The position numbers and the translations under genes are program-made. Below are positions 31,868-42,032 of a stretch of 64,000 bases of DNA, one piece after another. The DNA comes from Prochlorococcus sp. AG-418-D13 (lineage in GTDB: Bacteria > Cyanobacteriota > Cyanobacteriia > PCC-6307 > Cyanobiaceae). Under the pieces are notes generated by a model, which saw only the letters and a program-made list of their open reading frames with translations, was not told the origin of the DNA and did not search any database. The DNA lies in the NCBI GenBank assembly GCA_003214315.1, contig QCLU01000008.1, positions 23,547-87,546 on the forward strand, read 5' to 3'. Each line of letters opens with the position of its first letter. Positions within the stretch are counted from its first letter, which is position 1.

Positions 31868-34594
31868 TTAAGAATTATTGTCAATTCTCTTTGTTGCAGG
31901 ATTAATATCTTCAGAGACTTTTACAAGATCATTAGATTCAGAAACAGGAAAACGATTAATAGCTTTTAATGCTAGCTTTGCTTTGCTTTTTAATTTATTA
32001 CTAACACCAATACAATATTGCACTTGAGAAAGAACATCAATTGATCTTCTAATAATCCTCACTACATCACCTTCGTCTAATGAAGTATTAAAAACTAAAT
32101 CTTGCCATTTTTTTCCCCTTGCCCATTCAGAAATAATTCCAGTTAACTCTGTTTCTAAATAAATAGGAATTTCAATATGAAACTTATTTTGTTGAGAAGC
32201 GACTAATTTTCTTAAACCATCTAATTCATTAAAAACATCTATTAACTTTAAAGAAGGCTTGAAATTACACCAAAGATTAGGCCTCCTTACATCAACACAT
32301 ATAGCTTGAATAATTGAAGCTAACTCAGGAGGATCTAAATCGTCTAAATAGCCACTAACTAAAACAAGACCAATCCATAATTCATTTTCACTTCTTATTG
32401 CACCAACTGTTCGTCCAACCTCTGTCAATTCCAAATCATTTAAACAACCAAAATGATTCAAAATTTTAATCAAATCGGTAAAAGTTCTCCAGTTATGATT
32501 TTCTTTATCCTCAAGAAGTTTTTTTCTCATATTTATTTCTTGTTCAACATCAACAATTCTTTTTCTATATTTCTTTAATTTCCTGGAGTCTCCAAATCTA
32601 TGTGCGGGATGATCAGTTACTGTTTCTTCTAAATTATTAATTTGTTGCTGTTGTACCAAAACTTCCGTTGTCAGATCATATTGTGGAGTTTGTAAATCAT
32701 TTTTCTTAGAAACTTCTAAAATTCGATCCGCAAAATACTGCGAAATATCATCTCCCCTAAATAACTCTCCAGAAAAATTCATCTTTGGCACTTCAAGTCC
32801 TAAGACATCAATTGCATCCAAATCATTAAAAATACTTACTATGTATGAGGGTTTGATAAGAATAAATAAATTGTCAATTGTCAAACACAATAAACCCTTA
32901 ATTTTTTGGGATTCATATATTTTCTTACAAATCAATCCTGGAACAATTTTTCTTTTAATTTGTGGAGCTTTGATTGAAATTAAGCTTCCATCTTTAATAT
33001 ATGGGAGTGCATTAGTGATCTCTTCTGATAATTTTTCTGCTGCTTGTTTTTCTAAAATTTTCAAGAGTCTTCTCTCTTCTTTAAGACGATTTTTTAACTT
33101 TTCGTAGGCATCAAAATCTTTCCATGAAACGTTAGATGTAATTTTCTTTAATTCAATTAAATCCTTATCTAAATTTTCAAGAATTATATTCTCATCTGAG
33201 GATTCACCTAAATATAAAAAACTACCAAAACTTCTTTTAATTAATTCTTTAGACTTCTCTAAAGTATAACTTTGTAAAAGATTAAGTACCATTCCATAGC
33301 TAGGAGTGAATTGACTCTCTAAGGAATTTGGTTTACTAATAGCCAGTGCACTTGCTTCTTTAGCACCTTCGAATCTTGTTTGTAATGTGACAACATATCC
33401 TTGGGTATCTTTTCCTCTTCTTCCAGCTCTTCCTGACATTTGCAAAAATTCACTGCTAAATAATAATCTATGCCCTTCTTCTGTCCTTTTTGATAAAGAA
33501 GAAATAACAGTTGTTCTTGCGGGCATATTTATTCCTGCAGCTAGAGTTTCAGTTGCAAAAACAACTTTTATCAAGCCTTGCTGAAATAATTCCTCAACCA
33601 ATTCTTTCCATGCAGGCAATAATCCAGCATGATGAGATGCAATACCGCGTTTTAATGCCTCGCATTGAGATTTATCTTTAATTGCCTCTTGATTATTTTT
33701 AAGATAAACATCTAATTTTTGGGATATCATATTTACTTCTGAATAACTTACTAAAGTTAAATCTTTTATATTCTCAATAGCCTTGTCACATCCTCTTCTA
33801 CTGAAAATAAAATAAATAGCTGGCAACATATTTCGTTCAGCTAGTTTCGAGATCACAAAGCTAATTGAGGGAGACTTTGGTTGAATTATCCTGCCCACTT
33901 TTCCTCTCATTTTCTGCCCTTTAGGAGCTCTCCAAATCTTACAGTTTGGATGAATTCCATTACCCTTATTGTTTAAAAGTGGATGGAGGCCTTTAATACT
34001 ACAAAAAATAAAATCTAGTGGGACTGGTCTCTTATCACTATTAATTAGTACTGTGGGCCCATGAACTTTTTCTATCCAATTTTGCAGTTGATCTGCATTA
34101 GCTATTGTTGCTGATAAAGCTATTATTTGAGTTCTAGTAGGGCAATGGATTATAGTTTCTTCCCAAACTGTACCTCTTTGGGGGTCATTCATGTAATGAC
34201 ATTCATCAAGAATTACAGATTCTAAATTTTCTAAGGGATCATCAAATTCATCAAATTCTCCATAAAGCATGTTTCTAAAAATCTCAGTCGTCATTACTAA
34301 GATTGGTGCTTCCCTATTTATACTTATATCTCCAGTTAAAAGACCAACTTTATTATCACCATATTGATTTGCAAAATCTCTAAACTTTTGGTTTGATAGG
34401 GCCTTTAAAGGTGTTGTATAAAAAACTCTGCTGTCATGAGATAAGCCTCTATATATAGCAAATTCACCTATCAATGTTTTACCCGAACCTGTTGGTGCCG
34501 TTAAAACAACAGAATTTCCGCTATTAATAGCTTGTATTGCCTCTAATTGGAAATCATCTAGGGGAAAGGGGAAATATTCCTCTAAATTAAGCAA
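31868..34594 (-). CDS. Ski2-like DExH-box helicase (superfamily 2)
   Basis: 908 aa. Walker A APTGSGKT, DECH box and motif VI QMSGRAGRRG, with a long C-terminal region typical of Ski2/HelY-type proteins. TTG start. Confidence 0.88.
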   Translation of the reverse strand: MLNLEEYFPFPLDDFQLEAIQAINSGNSVVLTAPTGSGKTLIGEFAIYRGLSHDSRVFYTTPLKALSNQKFRDFANQYGDNKVGLLTGDISINREAPILVMTTEIFRNMLYGEFDEFDDPLENLESVILDECHYMNDPQRGTVWEETIIHCPTRTQIIALSATIANADQLQNWIEKVHGPTVLINSDKRPVPLDFIFCSIKGLHPLLNNKGNGIHPNCKIWRAPKGQKMRGKVGRIIQPKSPSISFVISKLAERNMLPAIYFIFSRRGCDKAIENIKDLTLVSYSEVNMISQKLDVYLKNNQEAIKDKSQCEALKRGIASHHAGLLPAWKELVEELFQQGLIKVVFATETLAAGINMPARTTVISSLSKRTEEGHRLLFSSEFLQMSGRAGRRGKDTQGYVVTLQTRFEGAKEASALAISKPNSLESQFTPSYGMVLNLLQSYTLEKSKELIKRSFGSFLYLGESSDENIILENLDKDLIELKKITSNVSWKDFDAYEKLKNRLKEERRLLKILEKQAAEKLSEEITNALPYIKDGSLISIKAPQIKRKIVPGLICKKIYESQKIKGLLCLTIDNLFILIKPSYIVSIFNDLDAIDVLGLEVPKMNFSGELFRGDDISQYFADRILEVSKKNDLQTPQYDLTTEVLVQQQQINNLEETVTDHPAHRFGDSRKLKKYRKRIVDVEQEINMRKKLLEDKENHNWRTFTDLIKILNHFGCLNDLELTEVGRTVGAIRSENELWIGLVLVSGYLDDLDPPELASIIQAICVDVRRPNLWCNFKPSLKLIDVFNELDGLRKLVASQQNKFHIEIPIYLETELTGIISEWARGKKWQDLVFNTSLDEGDVVRIIRRSIDVLSQVQYCIGVSNKLKSKAKLALKAINRFPVSESNDLVKVSEDINPATKRIDNNS

Positions 34595-34733
34595 TAATTG
34601 TGATTGAAGAGAGGATGAGTTAACTTCTTAATATATGATCTATATAGATATTAATAAACAAAAAATACCTTGCAAACTTTAATGGTAAATCTAAATCTTT
34701 TTAATTAAATCCTCTATACTTTATTTTGCAAAA

Positions 34734-35873
34734 ATGAAAAAAATAAAAATTCCAAAAAATAGAATCCGTAAATTAAAAACTTTTTCTTTAGGTAAAAAAT
34801 CATTCGAACTTATAAGCTTAAATTCGCAAAATAAAAAACTTATAGACTTATGCAGTAATGATTATTTTGGATTAAGCAGGGAAAAGGATTTAATAAAAGC
34901 TGCTTACGAAATAAGCCTTTTAGAAGGTATTGGTTCAGGAAGCTCTAGATTTATTACAGGTTCAAGACCAATACATAAATTATTAGAAACAGAACTTGCC
35001 AAGTGGCTTGATCAAGAGAAAGTATTACTTTTCCCAAGCGGATTTCAAGCAAATATAGCCGCTATCCAGGTTTTAGCAAACAGAAATAGTATCGTATTAG
35101 CAGATAAATTGATCCATAACTCTTTATTGGTTGGAATTAAAGCTGCTCAAGCAAAACTGGTTCGATTTTCACACAATAATTTAAAAGATTTAGAAGATAA
35201 AATTATTAAATCTAACCCCACAAAAAATTCCATTTTAGTTGTTGTTGAATCTCTTTATAGCATGGAGGGATCAATTGCTCCACTCAAAGAAATAACGGAA
35301 ATTTGCAAAAAAAATAGTGTTAAATTATTAGTTGACGAAGCTCATGCAATTGGGATCTTGGGCCCTGAAGGCAGGGGTTTAAGTTTTAATTACCGTTCGG
35401 ATATAACAATGATCACTGGAACTTTTGGAAAAGCATTTGGAAGCGGTGGAGCTTTCATAGCTTCCAATTCAGAAATCGGTGAATACCTTATCCAAACAAG
35501 TGGTGCATTTAGGTACACAACCGCTCTTGCGCCATCTTTAGCTGCTGGGGCGCTAGAAGGTTTAAAAAAAATTTTAAAAAATAAAGAATGGGGTAATGAT
35601 TTGTTATCTTCTGCGAAGATATGGAAAGATGAAATTATTAAAAATTTTAGTTTTCCAGTTCAGGGAGATTCTCACATTTTATCAATTATTGTTGGACAAG
35701 AAGAAAAGGCAATTTATCTACAAAAATATCTTGAAGAAAATGGGTTTTTAGCAATTGCGATAAGACCTCCAACTGTTCCAGTTGGGCAATCAAGAATCAG
35801 AATAACAATAAGAAGAAACTTAGATTTAAATCTGCTAAAGAATTTCATTGCAGTATTAAAAGAGTTTAAATGA
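34734..35873 (+). CDS. bioF: 8-amino-7-oxononanoate synthase
   Basis: 379 aa. PLP-Lys motif GTFGKAFGSGG. First gene of the bio cluster. Confidence 0.9.
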   Translation: MKKIKIPKNRIRKLKTFSLGKKSFELISLNSQNKKLIDLCSNDYFGLSREKDLIKAAYEISLLEGIGSGSSRFITGSRPIHKLLETELAKWLDQEKVLLFPSGFQANIAAIQVLANRNSIVLADKLIHNSLLVGIKAAQAKLVRFSHNNLKDLEDKIIKSNPTKNSILVVVESLYSMEGSIAPLKEITEICKKNSVKLLVDEAHAIGILGPEGRGLSFNYRSDITMITGTFGKAFGSGGAFIASNSEIGEYLIQTSGAFRYTTALAPSLAAGALEGLKKILKNKEWGNDLLSSAKIWKDEIIKNFSFPVQGDSHILSIIVGQEEKAIYLQKYLEENGFLAIAIRPPTVPVGQSRIRITIRRNLDLNLLKNFIAVLKEFK

Positions 35874-36574
35874 AACAAATTATTACTCAACATGGGTGGG
35901 GACTAAATAAATATTTCTGGGATGATTATAAAGTTGATTTTTTAAATAATAATTGGCATTGGCAAGATAATGAAAGGGGCTATTTTTCGACAAATAATTA
36001 TCAAGCAAAATGGATTAAAAGCGACTCTAAAAAAGAAATCAGAATGACTTTATGCCATTCATTTGGTTTTCATTTAATGCAAAAAAAAATTTTAGAAGAA
36101 GCAACTCATATTGTTCTTATCAATTCTTTTAATAATTTTCTTCCTTTAACTAATAAGAGAAACTTTATTTTGAGGTCTATAAAAAGAATGGAAACAAAAA
36201 TCATAAAAGATCAACCTAAGGATATGTTGAAAGAATTTATACATAGATCATTTATGCCAAATGATATGAATAATAGTTTTAAAAATATCTTTTATAAAAG
36301 TTTAGAGAGTTTAAATAAAACTCTGCTTTTAAGTGATTTAAAACAACTTTACATCAATAGAGATTTTCCAGTATTTTTAACAAAAAATTGCAAAATTATT
36401 TTTATCAAATCATTAAATGATTTGATTCTTGACAACGACTCAAATAATAACTTTTTATATTCCTTAAATAAAAGACTTGATAGGAAGCCAATTTTAATTA
36501 AATTAGCTCAGCAAGGTCATTGCTTGAATAATTTAAATTTATACGAGATCTTACTAAATACACTTAGTGATTGA
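35870..36574 (+). CDS. bioK: Alpha/beta-hydrolase-like protein, probable pimeloyl-ACP methyl ester esterase (BioK-type, from memory)
   Basis: 234 aa. Sits between bioF and bioC with ATGA overlap. It has a nucleophile-elbow-like CHSFG and a C-terminal QGHC. Assignment rests on gene context and recollection of the cyanobacterial BioK class. Confidence 0.55.
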   Translation: MKQIITQHGWGLNKYFWDDYKVDFLNNNWHWQDNERGYFSTNNYQAKWIKSDSKKEIRMTLCHSFGFHLMQKKILEEATHIVLINSFNNFLPLTNKRNFILRSIKRMETKIIKDQPKDMLKEFIHRSFMPNDMNNSFKNIFYKSLESLNKTLLLSDLKQLYINRDFPVFLTKNCKIIFIKSLNDLILDNDSNNNFLYSLNKRLDRKPILIKLAQQGHCLNNLNLYEILLNTLSD

Positions 36575-36575
36575 A

Positions 36576-37337
36576 ATGGATAGTACAAATTGGAATGAGA
36601 AAATAAAAAATAATTTCAATGCAGCTGCATATCGGTATTTAGAGTATTCAAATATTCAGAAATTTTTTGCAAAAAAGATTGTTCAATTTATCAAAGAATT
36701 AAATCCTCAAAAAAAAGGTGAATGGATAGATCTAGGATCAGGACCAGGATTATTAGCAGATGAAATAGAAAAAAATTTTTCTTCCCAAAAAGTATCCAGA
36801 ATTGATTTCAGCATGAAAATGCTTCTTGAGAATAAATTATCTAGAAAAAAAATTTTATGGGATTTGAATAATGATTTGCCTCCTGAAATAAATAACTGTT
36901 CTCTATTAACATCTAACTTTTGCATACATTGGTTAAACAACCCAGAAAAGATAATAAAAAATTGGTTTAGCAAATTAACATCTGGAGGTTTTTTAATCAT
37001 TTCTTATCCAACTAAAGATTGTTTTCCTGAATGGAAAGATACTTGTAAAAAAATTGATATTGAATATAGTGGTCATAATTTCCTTTGCTCTAAAGAATTA
37101 TTAAAAGATTTCAAATCAACTGAAATACATTATTCAGAACAGTTTAATTATCTTGAAAATTTTGAAGATGTATATAAACTTTTTAGAAGCATTAAAAATG
37201 TAGGAGCACAATCAACAAATTGTAAACATAAAACAGTGAAAGAGTTAAAAGAAATTCAAAAGTTTTGGCCAAAGAATTACAATAATACAGTGAACCTTTC
37301 ATGGCAAATTGATATTCAAATCATAAAGAAATTATGA
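36576..37337 (+). CDS. bioC: Malonyl-ACP O-methyltransferase
   Basis: SAM motif IDLGSGPG. ATG at 36576, with an alternative GTG at 36567 that overlaps the bioK-like stop. Confidence 0.8.
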   Translation: MDSTNWNEKIKNNFNAAAYRYLEYSNIQKFFAKKIVQFIKELNPQKKGEWIDLGSGPGLLADEIEKNFSSQKVSRIDFSMKMLLENKLSRKKILWDLNNDLPPEINNCSLLTSNFCIHWLNNPEKIIKNWFSKLTSGGFLIISYPTKDCFPEWKDTCKKIDIEYSGHNFLCSKELLKDFKSTEIHYSEQFNYLENFEDVYKLFRSIKNVGAQSTNCKHKTVKELKEIQKFWPKNYNNTVNLSWQIDIQIIKKL

Positions 37338-37999
37338 GTATTCACAATAATATTTTCAAATTTATAATTTGTGGAACAGATACTGATATTGGGAAAACTT
37401 TAATAAGCTCTTTTTTTGTTAAAGGATTAAATTCCTTTTATTGGAAGCCTATTCAAAGTGGTATTGAATCGCAAACTGATAGTCAAACTGTTGAAAAACT
37501 TGCACAAGTAAGTAAAGAGAAAATCATTAAAGAAGCTTATGTCTTTACAAAACCTCTATCTCCTCATTGGGCTGCTGAAATAGATAAACAAACTATTAAC
37601 TTTGACAAGTTGAGATTGCCAAAAGTGCAAGGCTCATTAATTGTAGAAACTGCAGGTGGATTAATAGTCCCAATAACACGCAATTTTTTGCAAATAGATC
37701 AAATAAAACAATGGAATCTTCCGGTAATACTTGTATGTAAGAGCTCTCTTGGTACTCTTAACCATACCTTGCTCAGTATTGAGGCCTTAAAACGAAGAAA
37801 TATTGAGATTTTAGGTTTAGTAGTCAATGGCGAAAAACACCTAGATAATCCAAAAACTCTAGTTGATTTTAGTGGTATTCCGTTAATTGCTGAATTTCCT
37901 TACATCAAAAAAATGAACTCAAATAATTTAGATATACTATGGAAAGAACTAGACATCAAGAATAAGTTAATCTCACTTTTAGACTCAAAAATAAGTTAA
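37334..37999 (+). CDS. bioD: Dethiobiotin synthetase
   Basis: 221 aa. P-loop GTDTDIGKT. ATGA overlap with bioC. Confidence 0.9.
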   Translation: MSIHNNIFKFIICGTDTDIGKTLISSFFVKGLNSFYWKPIQSGIESQTDSQTVEKLAQVSKEKIIKEAYVFTKPLSPHWAAEIDKQTINFDKLRLPKVQGSLIVETAGGLIVPITRNFLQIDQIKQWNLPVILVCKSSLGTLNHTLLSIEALKRRNIEILGLVVNGEKHLDNPKTLVDFSGIPLIAEFPYIKKMNSNNLDILWKELDIKNKLISLLDSKIS

Positions 38000-39301
38000 A
38001 TGAAATCTTTGGATTCAAAAACTCCAAATCAAGATTGGCACCCAAATATTTGGCCACCTTTTACACAAATAAATAGCAGCAAACCACAAATAGAAGTAAC
38101 TCATGGTAAAGATGCCCTCCTATTTACAAAAGATCCTAAGAAAGAGCTAATAGATGCAATTAGTAGTTGGTGGGTAACTCTTCATGGTCATAGTAACGAA
38201 TATATTGCGGATGCCATTTTCGATCAATCAAAAAAACTTGAGCAAGTTATATTTGCTGATTTCTTACATCCACAGGCAAAAAAATTGGCAGAAAGACTTA
38301 GTGAATTAACAAAACTAGAAAGATTATTCTTTTCTGATAACGGTTCTACTGCTGTGGAAGTCGCTTTAAAAATTGCATTCCAATCATGGCAAAATAGAGG
38401 AGAGACAAGAACTCAAATAGTAGCTTTTGATGGCGCCTATCATGGCGATACATTTGGGGCAATGGCTTTAGGTGAAAGAAATATTTTTAATGAGAATTTC
38501 GATAATCTTATGTTCCCAGTTAAGAGAGTGCCCTGGCCTTCAACTTGGATGAACGATGAAGAAGTAGAACATAAAGAAAATGAGGCGATCCAAAAATTAG
38601 AAACTATACTTAAAACTCCCACAGTTGCAGTAATCCTTGAGCCACTTGTTCAAGGAGCAGGGGGGATGAATATGGTTAGACCTCAGTTTATAAAAAAAGT
38701 TTCAGAAATTATAAAAAATAATAATTCTTTGTTAATTGCCGATGAAGTATTGACTGGGTTTGGAAGATGTGGAAGCCTTTTTGCGTTTCAAAAGGCAAAA
38801 ATCATTCCTGATTTAATAAGTATTTCAAAAGGTTTAACTGGTGGATTTTTACCGATGGGAATAACTTTATGTAAAGAAAAAATTTTTCAATCCTTTGTAG
38901 ATGATTCCCCAAGAAAAACTTTTTGGCATGGGCATAGTTTTACTGCTAATCCTTTAGGTTGTGCTGCGGCGAACGCTAGCCTCGATTTATTAGAAAAAGA
39001 ACCATACAAATACCTTGCATTTGAAGAAAAACATTTATCTCATTTAATTAACTTTAAAAACTTACCATACATAAAAAAGATAAGGGTATCGGGCACAATT
39101 GCTGCATTCGATTTAAATATTGGGAACAAAAAAGGTTATTTCAATAATATTGGGAAAGAAATAAAGACTCTTGCAATGGAGCGAGGGTTATTTATTAGAC
39201 CCCTCGGTAATGTTATTTACCTGTTGCCGCCTTTGTGTATAACCGATGATCAATTAGAAAAAAGTTACTGGATAATAAGGCAAATCTTAGACAATCTTTA
39301 G
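38000..39301 (+). CDS. bioA: Adenosylmethionine-8-amino-7-oxononanoate aminotransferase
   Basis: 433 aa. Class III aminotransferase with PLP-Lys in SISKGLTGG. Starts the nucleotide after the bioD stop. Confidence 0.93.
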   Translation: MKSLDSKTPNQDWHPNIWPPFTQINSSKPQIEVTHGKDALLFTKDPKKELIDAISSWWVTLHGHSNEYIADAIFDQSKKLEQVIFADFLHPQAKKLAERLSELTKLERLFFSDNGSTAVEVALKIAFQSWQNRGETRTQIVAFDGAYHGDTFGAMALGERNIFNENFDNLMFPVKRVPWPSTWMNDEEVEHKENEAIQKLETILKTPTVAVILEPLVQGAGGMNMVRPQFIKKVSEIIKNNNSLLIADEVLTGFGRCGSLFAFQKAKIIPDLISISKGLTGGFLPMGITLCKEKIFQSFVDDSPRKTFWHGHSFTANPLGCAAANASLDLLEKEPYKYLAFEEKHLSHLINFKNLPYIKKIRVSGTIAAFDLNIGNKKGYFNNIGKEIKTLAMERGLFIRPLGNVIYLLPPLCITDDQLEKSYWIIRQILDNL

Positions 39302-39309
39302 AAAGAAAT

Positions 39310-39546
39310 TCAAGGTCCCTGCAGTATTGCATTTTCCACATCTTCTCTATTAATGCAATAGGAAAATAGTCTTTTAGTATCTTGTCCTTTACTTTCCCAG
39401 ATAACACTTAAATCTTCTTGTTCAAAAATAATAATTGCATTCCAATTAGAAAGTAACAGGTACCATTTAGATGGATTATTAACATCTTTCACAGCACCTA
39501 AATCAGTTAGCCACAATTCCAATGATTGAAGTGAATATTGGTTCAT
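39310..39546 (-). CDS. Conserved cyanobacterial hypothetical protein (DUF3143-like from memory)
   Basis: ATG at 39546 gives MNQYSLQSLELWL. The track extends to a GTG at 39567. Lies downstream of the J-domain gene. Confidence 0.55.
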   Translation of the reverse strand: MNQYSLQSLELWLTDLGAVKDVNNPSKWYLLLSNWNAIIIFEQEDLSVIWESKGQDTKRLFSYCINREDVENAILQGP

Positions 39547-39583
39547 AGGTTTTGTTGAGAGATTCACAAACTTTTTTAAAGTA

Positions 39584-40024
39584 TCATTTTAGTAACCAGA
39601 TAGGTATTGTATTCAATTCTTTGCCAGTAAAAGAGGCAATAAAAATTGAACAAATTAAACTAATAGAAATGATAATAAATAAAAGAAATAACGAAAACAA
39701 TTCCCCATTTGAAAAAGGTCTTCTATTACCTACTAAATTTTGATTATTTGAATCGATTATTAAATTATTTAAAACTTTAGTATTATTTTTCATTCTAGAT
39801 TTTTCCTTTAGTTTGTTATCGTATATTTCCCTCAAACTACTATTATTCAAATTTTCATAAGCCTCCAAAACTTCTTGAAATTTACTTTTAGCGTCGTCTA
39901 TTTCTAAAGAAGTTGTATCAGGATGCAGTTCAATGGAAAGTTTGCAAAAAGCCTTTCTTAATTCATGATTTGAGGCATTTTCATCTACACCTAAAATTTT
40001 GTAATAAGAAATTTCCCCTTTCAA
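39584..40024 (-). CDS. J-domain (DnaJ-like) protein with C-terminal transmembrane anchor
   Basis: YYKILGV ... LHPDT (HPD motif present) and a C-terminal hydrophobic stretch FSLFLLFIIISISLICSIFIASF. TTG start. Confidence 0.8.
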   Translation of the reverse strand: MKGEISYYKILGVDENASNHELRKAFCKLSIELHPDTTSLEIDDAKSKFQEVLEAYENLNNSSLREIYDNKLKEKSRMKNNTKVLNNLIIDSNNQNLVGNRRPFSNGELFSLFLLFIIISISLICSIFIASFTGKELNTIPIWLLK

Positions 40025-40112
40025 AATAATCTTTATTAATATTGTAATTCTATTAAATTTTTACTAAATAGAATGTATTTAATGAAAAATAAAAATTTAT
40101 ATTTTTAACGAA

Positions 40113-40826
40113 ATGAAAAAACAAAACATTCCCGAAGAAATTTTTGCCTTAATAACTGAAGAAGAAATAAATATTTTTCAAGAGTTACAAATTAAAATTA
40201 AAGAATTAAATAATAAAACCAATCTCACAAGGCTAATTGATGGGAATGATTATTGGGTATCTCAAGTTTTTGACAGCATTTGGCCATTTAAAGCTTTCCC
40301 GAATATTAATTTTAATAATAAAAAATTTTTAGATATTGGATCAGGCTGTGGCTTCCCAGGTTTAGCTTATGCCATAATTCATCCTAATTCAGAGATATAC
40401 CTTATTGATTCTTCAAAAAAGAAAACAGATGCACTAAAAATCTTAATAAAAGAGATCAATCTCAAAAACAATATTCATGTAATCAATGATCGTATTGAAA
40501 ACTTAGCTCATCAATCTTCAATGAGAAATAGTTTCAATATAGCTACCGCTAGAGCGGTGAGTAATCCTTCAACAATTTCAGAATATATTCTACCAATGCT
40601 CAAAAAAGAAGGGTTAGGAGTTTTATATTGCGGGAAATGGACTGATGAAAAAAGTAAAAATCTAGATAAAACTTTAGAAATATTAGAAGGAAAAGTTAAA
40701 GAGAAAAAGAAGATTTTGTTACCAAGAAGTAAAGGTACCAGAAATATTATTCTTATTCAACCAAAAAATATTTGCCCAAAAATATACCCAAGAAAAGTTG
40801 GCAAACCTGAGAAAAATCCATTATAA
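40113..40826 (+). CDS. rsmG: 16S rRNA (guanine527-N7)-methyltransferase RsmG/GidB
   Basis: 237 aa. SAM motif LDIGSGCGFPG. Confidence 0.9.
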   Translation: MKKQNIPEEIFALITEEEINIFQELQIKIKELNNKTNLTRLIDGNDYWVSQVFDSIWPFKAFPNINFNNKKFLDIGSGCGFPGLAYAIIHPNSEIYLIDSSKKKTDALKILIKEINLKNNIHVINDRIENLAHQSSMRNSFNIATARAVSNPSTISEYILPMLKKEGLGVLYCGKWTDEKSKNLDKTLEILEGKVKEKKKILLPRSKGTRNIILIQPKNICPKIYPRKVGKPEKNPL

Positions 40827-40828
40827 AT

Positions 40829-42022
40829 TTATTTTTTTGATAATCTTTTAGCAACCTTATCCCCAAATTTTTCTTTTAAAGTTCTCAATTTTCTTATAAC
40901 TTTTTTTGGATTTATATGACCTTCTAGTACTTTCAATAATTGTTCTTCAGAAACATCCATATCTAATAAATTAGAGTTATTTCCTGGGAACCAGTGACTT
41001 CCATTCCCAAGCAATTGATATCTAGCTTTTGCGTACCCTTCCATATCCAACCAATCAATTAAATTTGAAAGCCAAAGCAGAACGGGAATATTAATATTTC
41101 CTGGCGTATATTCCCAACTCGGCAAATTTCTATTCCAATTTTGATGCCACTCTAAACCCAAAGAATTAATTGATTCCTGCCTGAATCTATTTATTATCTT
41201 GGGAAGATACTTCTCAGAGTCTGATAACAAAGAGACAGCTTCTAAATGAAAATCAAAATCCGCCTCTTTTGCAATACCCACACTAAGAGTATGGACATTT
41301 TGATTTCTTAAGCAAAAAAGATCATTAAAAACTATAGGATGAAGTGGCTTACAAAGTTCCAACATTTTGTTTGAGGGAGTATGAAGATGTCCCCCTTTAT
41401 CAGTAGGACTGATTATAAAAACCCCAAGATCATACTTATTTGCCAAATTTATAACCTTTGTATTTTCTTGATTGATAAAATACCAGTGCAAATTTACATA
41501 ATCAAAAAAGTTTGTTGATATAGCCTTTTCAATGAGTGAAGATTTTCCATGAGTTGAAAATCCAATAAAGCCAATTAAATTTTCTTTTTGAAAATTCCTC
41601 AAAATATCAATGCAACCTCCATCTCGAATAGCCTGATGTAAATGTTCAGCAGTATTGATACCATGTATTGCTAACAAATCAATTTTTTTAACTTTCAATT
41701 TTTCAATACTAGATAATACATCTCGCTTAAAAATTTCCGGATCACTATTTGGTGGAATCTTTGTTTGGATTATATTTGGGATTATCTTAGTATTCTTAAA
41801 ACACATCCCTAATTGCACCTCAGAAGTTCCATAGTACTTGGCGGTTTCTACATGACTTAAGCCATATTGTGTTGCAAGATCTAATATATTTTCTACTTTA
41901 TTTTGTTCTTCGTATGAAACCTCAGAAAAATCTAATTGATCCCAACTTTTTTGAAATCTCATACCACCTAAAGATAAAACAGGAATCTTCAGATTGGTTC
42001 TACCAAATCTACGATATTGCAT
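40829..42022 (-). CDS. Aldo/keto reductase family oxidoreductase with C-terminal extension
   Basis: 397 aa. The N-terminus MQYRRFGRTNLKIPVLSLGGM is typical of AKRs. Confidence 0.85.
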   Translation of the reverse strand: MQYRRFGRTNLKIPVLSLGGMRFQKSWDQLDFSEVSYEEQNKVENILDLATQYGLSHVETAKYYGTSEVQLGMCFKNTKIIPNIIQTKIPPNSDPEIFKRDVLSSIEKLKVKKIDLLAIHGINTAEHLHQAIRDGGCIDILRNFQKENLIGFIGFSTHGKSSLIEKAISTNFFDYVNLHWYFINQENTKVINLANKYDLGVFIISPTDKGGHLHTPSNKMLELCKPLHPIVFNDLFCLRNQNVHTLSVGIAKEADFDFHLEAVSLLSDSEKYLPKIINRFRQESINSLGLEWHQNWNRNLPSWEYTPGNINIPVLLWLSNLIDWLDMEGYAKARYQLLGNGSHWFPGNNSNLLDMDVSEEQLLKVLEGHINPKKVIRKLRTLKEKFGDKVAKRLSKK

Positions 42023-42032
42023 CTTTTTGATA

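Noticed and set aside
39213-39743. ORFs 39213-39407 (-) and 39552-39743 (+)
   Set aside because: They overlap the bioA 3' end, the DUF3143-like gene and the J-domain gene out of frame or antisense. The better-supported genes account for the sequence.
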